IMG/VR virus record: IMGVR_UViG_3300032516_000005
Strand: one strand, 5' to 3'
DNA length: 64,000 nt
DNA from: a virus
A model generated the notes under the pieces. The model had not been told where the DNA came from. It did no database searches and saw nothing but the letters and a program-made list of their open reading frames with translations. A program made the translations under genes and the position numbers. Shown one piece after another: positions 17,568-26,655 of the stretch (within the stretch, counting starts at the first letter, position 1; each line of letters opens with the position of its first letter).

Positions 17568-19292
17568 TCACTCGACCCGAAACCTGTCGATCTCGCTGCC
17601 GTCAGCGACGATTGCGATAACCGCACCACCCGTTGACGTCGGACCCAGTACGTAGGCTTCCAGCTCGTCACGTTCATCTTCACCAAGCGCGATCGCCAGC
17701 AGCATCCGATCGCTGTCGTCGGCGTCAGGTTCGGCAGCGTTGTTCACGAAGCCCCAACCGTTGCGGCCGAGCTGCTGCACGCGCATGCGGCCATCCGAGT
17801 CGCCCAGACCTTGCGCCTTCGCGGCCTTTGCAGCGGCTTTGGCCTCGCGTGCAGCGGCTTTGGCTTCTTTCACGGCCGCACGTTCGGCTTTCGCGGCGGC
17901 TTTCTCTGCCTTGGCCTCGGCGGCAATTCGCGCCTGTTCTCGACCCTCCTCGGTCCAGACCGTCACGCGCGTGATCACCGTTTGCTTCACGCCCTTGTAG
18001 TCGTCGTGCTTCTTGATCGTCCCCGTGATCTGGTACTCCTCGCCGATCTTCACCTCCGGGTTCGACGACGCAAACCACGTCAGCAGCGCACCATCAGGCG
18101 TCACGAACTTGTGCAGGTACGACATCCCGAACTGCGTCTCGATCGGCTTGACCATCAGCGGCTTGACGATGAGGTCCAGACGTTCGCCGACTTCACCGAT
18201 CCAGTGCGACTCGCCCGCGCTCTCACGCTCGACCTTGCGCTGAACGCTGCGCAGGTAGTATGGGATCACCGATGCGGTGATGCCGGCCAAGCGCCGCCCG
18301 ATCACGGGCTGCGTGAGCGCGACGTAGAGGTTGTGCTCGTAGTCGTCGCGGTCAGGGTTGTCCGACAGCGTCTCACGGGCGTACTCCAGCGCAGCCTCTG
18401 CCATCTGCTTGTCGTCGTCGTTGGGTGCGAATTTCGCAACCAGCGCTTCCCACTGCCGTCGCGCTTGCGGACCCACGCTGCCTGGTGGTTCGAGCACTTC
18501 GAGCGTGATGTCAGCGGTCGCCTGATCACCTGAATCGCGTGCCTTGCCGCGTGAGATCCAACCGTGGACGCGGACGACCGCGGCGACCTGCGTCAGGAAC
18601 GCCGACATCGGGAAGCGCTGTTCGCCGTGCCCGCCACCGCCGAAGCCCTCTTCGTCGCTCAGCTCGCCTGCCGTACGTAACGCCGCGAGCAGCGATTCGA
18701 GGTACTGCGCAACGGCGTGTGGATCTTTGCCGCCCAGGAAGTCCTGGGTGCAGTTCCGACCGACCTGCATGTACTGGCCGGTCTCGTCGTTGCGAAGGAT
18801 GTACGTGTCCTTGCGCGACCGGATCGTTCGACAACAGTGATCGCAGTTCGAGGCGTCTGCGTGACGGTACTGTTCAGGCAGGCGCTCGACGAAGCCGGGC
18901 ACGACGCGCAGCAGGTTGACGGTCTTGCCAGTGTCGTCGGTGAGGTGCTGCAACGTTGCCACGAACGACCAACCTGCGATGCGCGGCGTCGTGCCCGTGA
19001 CGCTGACGGGGAAGAACTTGAAGTAGACGATGCGTGGCGGGTGCCGCGGTGGCGGCGTGCCAGGCAACGGCGGCTTGTACGGCGCGTAGCGCGTCTCGGT
19101 CGAATACGGATCGTCGGACTCGTACTGCACGTACGGACGATCTTCGGGCGTGCCGACAGCGTAGGCGATCGCGCCGACACCCAGGCGCTGGGCCTTCTTG
19201 ACGAGCTTGTCGAGCTTGACGTGCAGCTCACGCAGGTTCCCCTCGGGAACCCAGTACGTCACAGGCGTTGGGGCGTCATCACCGAACCACAT
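17568..19292 (-). CDS. conserved phage protein with Cys cluster and C-terminal OB-fold-like domain
   Basis: CDHC..R.RK..YIL..QVGRNC..DFLG; IGEVGER...GTIKKHDDYKGVKQT; AKA-rich linker then GLG. Confidence 0.75.
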   Translation of the reverse strand: MWFGDDAPTPVTYWVPEGNLRELHVKLDKLVKKAQRLGVGAIAYAVGTPEDRPYVQYESDDPYSTETRYAPYKPPLPGTPPPRHPPRIVYFKFFPVSVTGTTPRIAGWSFVATLQHLTDDTGKTVNLLRVVPGFVERLPEQYRHADASNCDHCCRTIRSRKDTYILRNDETGQYMQVGRNCTQDFLGGKDPHAVAQYLESLLAALRTAGELSDEEGFGGGGHGEQRFPMSAFLTQVAAVVRVHGWISRGKARDSGDQATADITLEVLEPPGSVGPQARRQWEALVAKFAPNDDDKQMAEAALEYARETLSDNPDRDDYEHNLYVALTQPVIGRRLAGITASVIPYYLRSVQRKVERESAGESHWIGEVGERLDLIVKPLMVKPIETQFGMSYLHKFVTPDGALLTWFASSNPEVKIGEEYQITGTIKKHDDYKGVKQTVITRVTVWTEEGREQARIAAEAKAEKAAAKAERAAVKEAKAAAREAKAAAKAAKAQGLGDSDGRMRVQQLGRNGWGFVNNAAEPDADDSDRMLLAIALGEDERDELEAYVLGPTSTGGAVIAIVADGSEIDRFRVE

Positions 19293-19307
19293 GATGGCAT
19301 CCTACCT

Positions 19308-19323
19308 GATCGCGCACGCGATC
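19308..19323 (-). promoter_or_regulatory. palindromic promoter element
   Basis: palindrome-AGG-TAGGAT-6nt-ATG(19292). Confidence 0.75.
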
Positions 19324-19381
19324 AGCGCCCTACCGTGCCATGCGCCGCACCACCTTGGGCCGCTTGGCTTGATCGTGAGCT

Positions 19382-19705
19382 TCATACCTGCCGCGTCCCA
19401 ACGATCCGAATCCGAGCTGGATCGAAGATCACCCAATTGTCGTCGAGCTGAATGCTGTCGTAGCCCATTTCGAGCAGTTGATCGATTAAGTAGCGATCAT
19501 ACTCGTCCCAGCCTGCGGTCTTGTTCACGCGCAGTAGCACTTTCATCAGGTACGCCGTGCTCACGGCACCACTTTCGCCGTGCAGGATCTTGTCCTTGTC
19601 CTCACTGAACCAAAAGCCGCCCTCTGGCGCCCAAAACTTGGGATCGAAGCGCCGGATCGGCACGTTGCTGCCGTGGTATGCGGTGACGATACGTGACTTC
19701 ACCAT
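19382..19705 (-). CDS. ART-PolyVal-like ADP-ribosyltransferase-fold protein
   Basis: AYHGS...FD...GFWFS...LMKVLL...GYDSI...WVIFDP. Confidence 0.6.
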   Translation of the reverse strand: MVKSRIVTAYHGSNVPIRRFDPKFWAPEGGFWFSEDKDKILHGESGAVSTAYLMKVLLRVNKTAGWDEYDRYLIDQLLEMGYDSIQLDDNWVIFDPARIRIVGTRQV

Positions 19706-20271
19706 TCGCACTCCGATAGCAACGTCCGCGGGATCGATTTTCCGATCCATGCGATTGCGTAACCTTCTGCAACGAACGACTCGTCACTGAACGTGTGCGG
19801 TGAGTCCGCGTGTTTCGCAAGCCAGGTGCCCACAGCGTGCAGATCAAACTGCACGCACCTGGCGCCGTGGCTTGCGGTCGAGCCGCTGCTCTCGTAGTCG
19901 CGGTAGAACCACGCGACGCGTAGATCCTTGACAGCAGCTAACTCACGCTCAACCGCATGCTGTACGACATGCTGCTCGCGCGAAATGTCACCGTAGTGAC
20001 CGGGATGGGTGTGCCATTCCATGTAAAGGCACGCAGCCGTCTCCGGGTCGAGGAATGGCATTGCGAGCCAGTACTCGACTTCGTGTGTCTCGATAATGCC
20101 CGGCACCTTACCGAGACCGTGGCGCTTGATCTCTGTGAAGCCCTGCACCGACGTGAAGTGGTACGCATACGCGTTGCGGCGTCCAAGGTCGCTGCCGCCT
20201 TGCACCAACGAGAAGTTCGTCTGCTGGATCAATTCGTCGAGCAGTTCTAGATCTGGTGTACACGGCCTCAT
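19699..20271 (-). CDS. hypothetical protein, possible ART fold
   Basis: ATGA overlap; after DLG comes AYHFT...IKRHGL. Confidence 0.5.
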   Translation of the reverse strand: MRPCTPDLELLDELIQQTNFSLVQGGSDLGRRNAYAYHFTSVQGFTEIKRHGLGKVPGIIETHEVEYWLAMPFLDPETAACLYMEWHTHPGHYGDISREQHVVQHAVERELAAVKDLRVAWFYRDYESSGSTASHGARCVQFDLHAVGTWLAKHADSPHTFSDESFVAEGYAIAWIGKSIPRTLLSECEW

Positions 20272-20648
20272 CGCCGCGCACCGCGCTTGGGCCGCTTGCG
20301 TTCCTGACGCTCGCGTGAACTGTCGGTCTTGTCGATGCGATTCTCGGCGGCGCGGTACTCCCACTGCAGCTGCGTGATGCCGCACTTGTCGAGCCGGTGC
20401 AGGTGCGCGTTCATCTCGGCGTTCGGTAGGTGCCCGACCAGCTCGAACAGCTCTTTCCGTTCGGGTGACCAGTGCCGGTACTCCAGCTTGGTCGGGAGAA
20501 TCTCGCGCAGGGCTTCGCGAGCGCGCTGCTCTTGCTTCTGCCCGAGGCGCAGGTTGTTGGCCGCTTCGCCGCACGTCTTCGCCCGCATCGCACGCGCGTA
20601 GGCGCGTTGCGCGGTGAGGATGGCTTTCTTGGTGTCGGCGACGTTCAT
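20268..20648 (-). CDS. basic hypothetical protein
   Basis: GAGG RBS; Arg/Lys tail. Confidence 0.6.
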   Translation of the reverse strand: MNVADTKKAILTAQRAYARAMRAKTCGEAANNLRLGQKQEQRAREALREILPTKLEYRHWSPERKELFELVGHLPNAEMNAHLHRLDKCGITQLQWEYRAAENRIDKTDSSRERQERKRPKRGARR

Positions 20649-20659
20649 GGCTTCCTCTT

Positions 20660-20890
20660 TCACGCAATGAAATCCCAGGTGCACATCGATCGGGGATGCG
20701 TCGCGCGTTTCGCGATCGCTTTCTCCGCACCTGTGCGGAGATGAACTTCAAGCTCTAGCGTTTCGCTGGCGCTGTCAACGATGCGCAGCACGCGCGCCGT
20801 GACCGCACCCTGCGGCGCGCCGTCCACGTAGAAGATCACCGTCGAGCCGATCCCGAATCGCGGCGGCCAACCGAACGGCCGCTTCGTCAT
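20660..20890 (-). CDS. hypothetical protein
   Basis: ATGA overlap with the recombinase. Confidence 0.5.
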   Translation of the reverse strand: MTKRPFGWPPRFGIGSTVIFYVDGAPQGAVTARVLRIVDSASETLELEVHLRTGAEKAIAKRATHPRSMCTWDFIA

Positions 20891-21849
20891 CGTTCAGCCT
20901 TCGGCCCTTTGGCCTTCGGCATCAGCGACGGCAGCGCGTCGCCGACGGCGCCGCGTGTTCTGACGTGCGTGTAGATGTTCTCGATCGTCCGTTCGGTCTG
21001 GCCGGTGAGTTTAGAAACCTCGGCCGCGCTTTTGCCCTCTTCACGCAGCCACGTGACGGTGCTGTGCCGTGCGAGGTGCGGGAACACGTGACGGATCTTC
21101 GCGCGCTTCGCGCGACTACGAAACACGCTCCACAACTGATACGGCGTCAACTGTTCACCGACCTGCGTCGTGCCGTCGGTCGCGGCCCACACGTCGCGGA
21201 ACACGGGCCCGGTCTTGAAGCCTGCAACCGCAAGCAGTTGTAGCCACTCGTTGAGCGCGCCGAACGTCTCGACGTCCGCTTCGAACGTGATCAGCTCACC
21301 GCCCTTGTTGACCGTCGTGATCTTCGGTGGCCGGATGGCTTCGATCATCAACGCATGCAGACCGCCACGACGTAGCCCCGAGCGCAGCGCGAGCACGAGG
21401 AGCGCACGATCACGAATGTTCGCAGGTTTAGCGCCGCTGCATGTGTCGAGCAGCTTGCCGGCTTCTTCGTAGGTCAACGGCTCGCGGGTCACACCTGCCT
21501 TAGCTTTGATCTTGGGTACGTCCTGTGCGAAGTCGATTGCACCAGCGGTGCGATTGCGCCTCGCGTACTGCAAACTCGCGCACCGGATCGCCTTGCGGTA
21601 CACACGAACTGTCTGCGGCGAGCACTTCCCGCGATCACGTGCGGCGACTGTACGACCGTGCGAGAGCAGTCGACCGAGCCAATCCTCGACGGTGCCGTAG
21701 GTCCACCCGGTCAGGTTCGCGCCCGCAAACGCGATGAAATCTGCGACGCACTCACGGTAGAGATCCCGCGTGCGATCACTCAGATCGAGGTTACGTGCGA
21801 TCGCTTCGTCGAGCAGATTTGCTGGCTGTGTAGCAATCGGCGATTTCAC
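20887..21849 (-). CDS. tyrosine recombinase (XerC/D-like)
   Basis: RDRALL..SGLR, KGG, HLARH, C-terminal IYTH; AAGGAG RBS before GTG 21849. Confidence 0.85.
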   Translation of the reverse strand: MKSPIATQPANLLDEAIARNLDLSDRTRDLYRECVADFIAFAGANLTGWTYGTVEDWLGRLLSHGRTVAARDRGKCSPQTVRVYRKAIRCASLQYARRNRTAGAIDFAQDVPKIKAKAGVTREPLTYEEAGKLLDTCSGAKPANIRDRALLVLALRSGLRRGGLHALMIEAIRPPKITTVNKGGELITFEADVETFGALNEWLQLLAVAGFKTGPVFRDVWAATDGTTQVGEQLTPYQLWSVFRSRAKRAKIRHVFPHLARHSTVTWLREEGKSAAEVSKLTGQTERTIENIYTHVRTRGAVGDALPSLMPKAKGPKAER

Positions 21850-22070
21850 GGTGTCTCCTTCGGGGTTACGGTCTGAGTCACACGTACCGTGAGCGGGCTG
21901 CCTTGATCGAGCGTGAGACGGATCCACGTCGAAGGCGGCAACGGCGGGTCGGACCGCTCCGCGTTCGTAGCCCACTGCGCGAGCTGTTTCGGCGTACCGG
22001 ATCGAGATCGTTGTGGACGGCTGTCGCTGACCGTTCTTCGAGCGAGCGCGCACGGGGGCGCGGCGTGGCT

Positions 22071-22520
22071 TCACGAGGCACCGTTCCAGCGGGACAGGCA
22101 CCGCCACAGCCGTTCGACGTGGGTTTCGTCGTCGCGGTCGATCCCAGTGCAGCGCACGCCCGGCTGTGCCCCACAGGCTGGGCAGTCCGACAGCCGTAGC
22201 GGCGTGCAGATGAAGGGCACGGGCGGCAGGCTCACGTCGATCCGCGTGGGCCGGAAAGCCTGCCGCTGCGCGAGCGGCTGGGGCACGCCCATGGTGAACC
22301 GTTCGCCTGTGGCGAGGGCGAGCGCAGCCGGCAGGGCTGGGCTCCAGCAGTCGAGGTCTGCGGCTTTCGCCCGTTGAACCGCATCGGTGAGGACGGCGCG
22401 GACCCGCGCCGCTTCGATCTTCACGTCGACGCCCCCGGCAGCCGCCTCGTCGAGGATCTCCTGGTCGGTCGCGTTCTCGTCGCACGCGCCGAGCACGTCC
22501 AGATCGTCGTCGTCGGGCAT
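22071..22520 (-). CDS. hypothetical protein with C-terminal Zn finger
   Basis: CPACGAQPGVRC..HVER; TAGGGT 7 nt before ATG. Confidence 0.55.
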   Translation of the reverse strand: MPDDDDLDVLGACDENATDQEILDEAAAGGVDVKIEAARVRAVLTDAVQRAKAADLDCWSPALPAALALATGERFTMGVPQPLAQRQAFRPTRIDVSLPPVPFICTPLRLSDCPACGAQPGVRCTGIDRDDETHVERLWRCLSRWNGAS

Positions 22521-22553
22521 GGCCGTAACCCTACGACACCAGGGGCCGGAAAC

Positions 22554-22619
22554 GCAACACTCCACTGGGAGTGTTGCAGGTGGCTAAATGCCTGAAAACT
22601 CAATGATTTCAAGTACTTA
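22554..22619. repeat. 10-bp perfect hairpin plus AT-rich imperfect inverted repeat
   Basis: GCAACACTCC-actg-GGAGTGTTGC; TAAATGCCTGAAA-N9-TTTCAAGTACTTA. Confidence 0.6.
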
Positions 22620-22649
22620 CGTAATATTTCGCACGTGCGTGCGAACTAA

Positions 22650-23525
22650 GTGTATGTCTTCGTTGTGGATCCTTTCGAGAAGCAAAAACGCGATGCGCGG
22701 CGTGCTCTTGCTGAAGCCATCTTCGACGGCTACCTGAAGCCGCCCACGCGCTGTCCACGCTGCAGCGAGTACACGGTCGTCACGGGACACCACTTCGACT
22801 ACGCACGCCCGCTCGACGTGCACTGGCTTTGTTACTGGTGCCACTTCTGCGAGCACCAAAAGCAGCTCGGGCTGCCGGTACCCTCGCAGCGGCGCTCGCC
22901 TGTGCCGGCTTATCGAGCGCCGCGCACGCGCCAGCCGTCCAAACGGCCAGTCGGGCGACCGCGCGACGTGGATCGATACACACGGCCGCGACCGGATCCC
23001 ACGCCACGAACCTACGGTGAGTACGTTGGACACCCTGTCGTGCGCCGCAATGGCCGTCCCGCGCTGCGCGATCCACAACATCCGCTCGCGCGGAGCGGTT
23101 TCGTGTACGTCGAGGACTTGCTTGTACTCGAACAGCTCGGGCGCCCACGGCAACTTGGCGACTCGGTAACGTATCGGGACGGCAATCGTTGGAACTGGAA
23201 TCCCGTCAATGCCGAAGTTCACGCGCGTTTGCTTGATCCGCACATCTACGTCGGTGGAAACGTCTCTGGGACGATCTTCAACCTAACGTGCGATCGCGTG
23301 ACTTTCTCGATGCACGATTTAGACGCTTCAGCTCACGCAACCGTCAACGCGATGCTTGGACTTGATTCACGCGTCGGCTACATCGGGTACAACGGAAATC
23401 AGCACCACACCCTCGACGACGGCTACCACTTGAGTCAGCAGTTGCGGGCGCAAGGGTTCGACGTCCGTATAGATCCCATCGTTCAGCAGTACTGGCAGCC
23501 AGCTGCGCCGCCGAAGGCGCGATAG
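22650..23525 (+). CDS. protein with two HNH-like modules (second degenerate)
   Basis: CPRC..HHFDY.RPLDV.WLC..CH; HPLA..GFVYVEDL..LGR..DSVTYRDGN. Confidence 0.6.
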   Translation: MYVFVVDPFEKQKRDARRALAEAIFDGYLKPPTRCPRCSEYTVVTGHHFDYARPLDVHWLCYWCHFCEHQKQLGLPVPSQRRSPVPAYRAPRTRQPSKRPVGRPRDVDRYTRPRPDPTPRTYGEYVGHPVVRRNGRPALRDPQHPLARSGFVYVEDLLVLEQLGRPRQLGDSVTYRDGNRWNWNPVNAEVHARLLDPHIYVGGNVSGTIFNLTCDRVTFSMHDLDASAHATVNAMLGLDSRVGYIGYNGNQHHTLDDGYHLSQQLRAQGFDVRIDPIVQQYWQPAAPPKAR

Positions 23526-23526
23526 G

Positions 23527-23979
23527 ATGACTTCGATGCCGCTCAAGGTCACCCACGATCCAAATCGTCGATCGCTGCTCGTCACAGGACTGCTTCACCG
23601 CGCGTGGATGCTGTTCGAGTACGGTCCCGAGAACAGCCCGGACCTGCGTTGCACGGAGCTGGCCGCGAACATCGAGTACCACTCGATCGTCACGGGCGCG
23701 TCGAACCCGTCATGGTCGAACGTCAACGAAGCGTGGGACGCCGCGCGTGCGGCGCTCGCACAGCTCTGCGTCGATCCGAGTTGCGTACCGACGGCAACGC
23801 ATGCACCGAAGAAACGCATCAACGGCGCCGTTGCGCTGGTGCTCGCGACCGAAGATCGCGTCGCGCAGTGGGGCGGTTTCACGGGCGAGCGCGAGTATTT
23901 ACCGGTGTTGATCAACCGGCTCAACACTGACGACCGCAAGGCCTACGACCGCCGCAAGCGCGGTTTGGTGGTGCTGTGA
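23527..23979 (+). CDS. hypothetical protein
   Basis: in operon, good codon bias. Confidence 0.6.
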   Translation: MTSMPLKVTHDPNRRSLLVTGLLHRAWMLFEYGPENSPDLRCTELAANIEYHSIVTGASNPSWSNVNEAWDAARAALAQLCVDPSCVPTATHAPKKRINGAVALVLATEDRVAQWGGFTGEREYLPVLINRLNTDDRKAYDRRKRGLVVL

Positions 23980-24422
23980 AAGACAACTTCGTACGCAAAC
24001 GCATCGTCAGCGGTACCGAGGTCGTTGAATCCATCTGCCGCATCGGACGCGACGGTAGGTCGGCGTCGAAGGCTGACAAGGCACGCTGCCACGAGTTCTG
24101 GAACAGCAACCTCAAGGATCGGCGCTTCACGTTGACGGCTGTCGCCGTCGCGAAGCTCAAGACAAGTCATGAAAGCAAGCGCTGCGACATCGGCGATGTC
24201 GGGCGCTACGTTGACATGCGTCGCGATGGATCACCGTTCCCGCCCGTGCTCCTACTGAACTGGGTACCGCGCTGGAAGGCGTGGCGCGTTTGGGACGGCA
24301 ACCACCGTGTACGTGCAGCCCAGTGCGTCGGTGACCAGCGCATCGCGGCGTTCGTGCCGGTCAAGGAACGCACGATCAAGGTGTTGTCACGGCGTTCACG
24401 ATCGCGCACGCGATCAAGGTAG
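23976..24422 (+). CDS. ParB/Srx-like domain protein
   Basis: FPPVLL..VWDGNHRVRAA. Confidence 0.75.
   Translation: MKDNFVRKRIVSGTEVVESICRIGRDGRSASKADKARCHEFWNSNLKDRRFTLTAVAVAKLKTSHESKRCDIGDVGRYVDMRRDGSPFPPVLLLNWVPRWKAWRVWDGNHRVRAAQCVGDQRIAAFVPVKERTIKVLSRRSRSRTRSR
24400..24415 (+). promoter_or_regulatory. palindromic promoter element
   Basis: palindrome-AAGG-TAGACT-6nt-ATG(24432). Confidence 0.75.
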
Positions 24423-24431
24423 ACTCGGTCG

Positions 24432-24665
24432 ATGAAGCGGAAACGAAAGGCACTCGGCGGCTCACGGACGACGCTCACGATCTGGACGGAGATCAAAGAA
24501 AGTCGCGGTGTGTCTACGCCACGCGCTTTGCGCGGTCTTTCAAGACTCGCCAACGCATGTGATCTGCGCAAACGGATCAACCGAGAACAAGGCCGTGAAA
24601 CAGTTGTTCGCGGACCTAGCCAAGAACATCCAGTAACGCCTGTGATCGACGTTTGGGAGGGCTAG
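24432..24665 (+). CDS. small basic protein, N-terminal KRKRKALGG
   Basis: leaderless-type start. Confidence 0.6.
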   Translation: MKRKRKALGGSRTTLTIWTEIKESRGVSTPRALRGLSRLANACDLRKRINREQGRETVVRGPSQEHPVTPVIDVWEG

Positions 24666-24667
24666 AC

Positions 24668-25309
24668 ATGTCGAAGTACATCGGCCAGTGCGACCTCTTG
24701 CGCCGAAAGGGCGCGAGCAACGAACAGAAGTGGCACGCGATGATGAGCTGCGCAGAGCCTGTCTCGTTCAAGACGTTTCTGGCTCACGTAGACATGACGC
24801 CGATGCTCGATGAGGACGACACGTCGAGCAACTGGATCACAGAACATCGACGCTCTGATCCAAGCACCCAAGCGTATCGATCTTGGTGGGGGACTGAGCG
24901 GTGCTGGTTCATCCAGACAGCCGGTTACGAGTTCATCTTCCTTGACGCCACAGGTGAAATGCTCGGTAGCGTCGACGACGACGATGATCCCTATGCCGAC
25001 GACGACGATGAAGCGCCGACGCCAGCAGAGCTTCAGGCGACGCTGAACAAGATCATCGGGGTCGTTCACTTCCTACGCAACAACGCGAACGGCTGGGAGC
25101 AGGAAGGCGACCGCGTCGAAGCACGCAGGTATCGCAAGCACGCCGACAAGATCGATGCTGCGTTTGCGGCGCACGATGCCACGAGCCTTGCCAAGCTCGT
25201 GAGCTTCGCGGGCATGACCAAGGCGCTCGAATTTAAGCCAGACGACCCTAACTCCTATCTGACGGCCAACGAGATCGATCGACTGAGTTGGGGTTGGGCG
25301 AAGCGATGA
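24668..25309 (+). CDS. two-domain hypothetical protein
   Basis: GGAGG RBS; domains joined by MLGS plus acidic linker. Confidence 0.65.
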   Translation: MSKYIGQCDLLRRKGASNEQKWHAMMSCAEPVSFKTFLAHVDMTPMLDEDDTSSNWITEHRRSDPSTQAYRSWWGTERCWFIQTAGYEFIFLDATGEMLGSVDDDDDPYADDDDEAPTPAELQATLNKIIGVVHFLRNNANGWEQEGDRVEARRYRKHADKIDAAFAAHDATSLAKLVSFAGMTKALEFKPDDPNSYLTANEIDRLSWGWAKR

Positions 25310-25734
25310 CGACCACCGCCCTCGTGATCGTGCACCTGAGCAGTATCGATTCGTACGCCGCGAACATCGGCCGCGCAGCTGGAGTGCGACTCGCGCAGGC
25401 AATTATCGGTGCCGTGCACGCACATCAAGGTCCGGTCTACGTGATCGACCAGGGTTGGGACGGCCCGCTGGTAGAACGTGTTGCGGCTGCGATCGACGCC
25501 GTGCCCGTGACGTGGATTTCTTTCGACGAAGACGTCGACGACTGGAACAAGTTCCTGCCCAAGCTCAAGCGGCAGCTCACGCGAGATCATATCGAACGTG
25601 TCGTCGTCGGCGGCGTTTGGTACGACCCGACGTTAGCCGAGGGCTGCGCCACGCGGGTGTACATGTACCTGCGCCGGGCGCTGCCGACAAAAGTCGACGA
25701 GTCGATCGTCGGTTGTTTCACGGATGAGCGCTGA
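25306..25734 (+). CDS. isochorismatase/cysteine-hydrolase-like protein
   Basis: ALVIVH, VVVGGVW....GC pattern. Confidence 0.5.
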   Translation: MTTTALVIVHLSSIDSYAANIGRAAGVRLAQAIIGAVHAHQGPVYVIDQGWDGPLVERVAAAIDAVPVTWISFDEDVDDWNKFLPKLKRQLTRDHIERVVVGGVWYDPTLAEGCATRVYMYLRRALPTKVDESIVGCFTDER

Positions 25735-26156
25735 TGGATCCGTACCGTAACAGTAGCCAGGACGTTGCTGATGCGTTGGAACACGTGCTCGAAAGCGTCG
25801 TGGGCCTTGACGAATGGCCCAAGGACGCGTGCTTCACCGAGCAACGCGGGGTCATGTCGATGCGCAAGATCCTCAACTATGACGACTACGGCGCCTGGGG
25901 TGAGTGGCGCTATGGCGAGCTGCGCGGGCTGGATCGCAATGCGCTACTCGACGAGTTCACTAGCTTTCGTGGTCGTGTATGGGCTGAAACTGCCGCGAGC
26001 TGGTTAACCGGGGACAAATTCCACGAGAACATTCCGGCGATCGCTATCTTCGACAGTCGCTACGGGACGGCGATCGGCGACGGACGCGGACGCGTGAGTC
26101 TCGCAGTGGGTCTGGGGCTGTCGCGCCTCTACGTAACCCGGATCGTGGACTGCTAA
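25734..26156 (+). CDS. ParB/Srx-like domain protein
   Basis: IPAIAI..IGDGRGRVSLA. Confidence 0.5.
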   Translation: MDPYRNSSQDVADALEHVLESVVGLDEWPKDACFTEQRGVMSMRKILNYDDYGAWGEWRYGELRGLDRNALLDEFTSFRGRVWAETAASWLTGDKFHENIPAIAIFDSRYGTAIGDGRGRVSLAVGLGLSRLYVTRIVDC

Positions 26157-26593
26157 TGCGCCCCGCCAAGTTCGCAGGCGCGGCGCCGTCGGCCAAATGC
26201 CCTGCACTGACGTTCCACACCGGGGCGTTTCAGGGCCGCATCAAGGTCACGGCAGTTGTTACTGACGGTCAGCGTCAGATCGGGACACTGACCGCGGCAC
26301 CGCAGCGCAAGCGTTTGGTGATCAACCACGTCTTCGTGAACCCGGAACATCAACGTTGTGGCATTGCGACACGCATGTATGAAATCGCTGGGCAGTATGC
26401 GTGCGCCAACGGTATGAAGCTCGCGAGCGATGTCACGCGATCGGACGAAGCCGATCTGTTCTGGCAGAAGCAAGTTACGAAAGGCCGTGCGCGGCGTGGG
26501 GTCAAAGCCGAGAGCGGCGACTCATATTACGTGCTGAGCTGCCCCGTCGAGACGCTGTCACGGCGTTCACGATTGCCCGCGAGATCACGGTAA
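26156..26593 (+). CDS. GNAT acetyltransferase
   Basis: VFVNPEHQRCGIATRMYE; SDEADLFW. Confidence 0.8.
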   Translation: MRPAKFAGAAPSAKCPALTFHTGAFQGRIKVTAVVTDGQRQIGTLTAAPQRKRLVINHVFVNPEHQRCGIATRMYEIAGQYACANGMKLASDVTRSDEADLFWQKQVTKGRARRGVKAESGDSYYVLSCPVETLSRRSRLPARSR

Positions 26594-26623
26594 CTAACGA
26601 ATCTCGTTGCGAAGGTCTATAGC

Positions 26624-26639
26624 GATCGCGCGCGCGATC
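26624..26639 (+). promoter_or_regulatory. palindromic promoter element
   Basis: palindrome-GCGA-TAGACT-6nt-ATG(26656). Confidence 0.75.
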
Positions 26640-26655
26640 GCGATAGACTCGGCGC

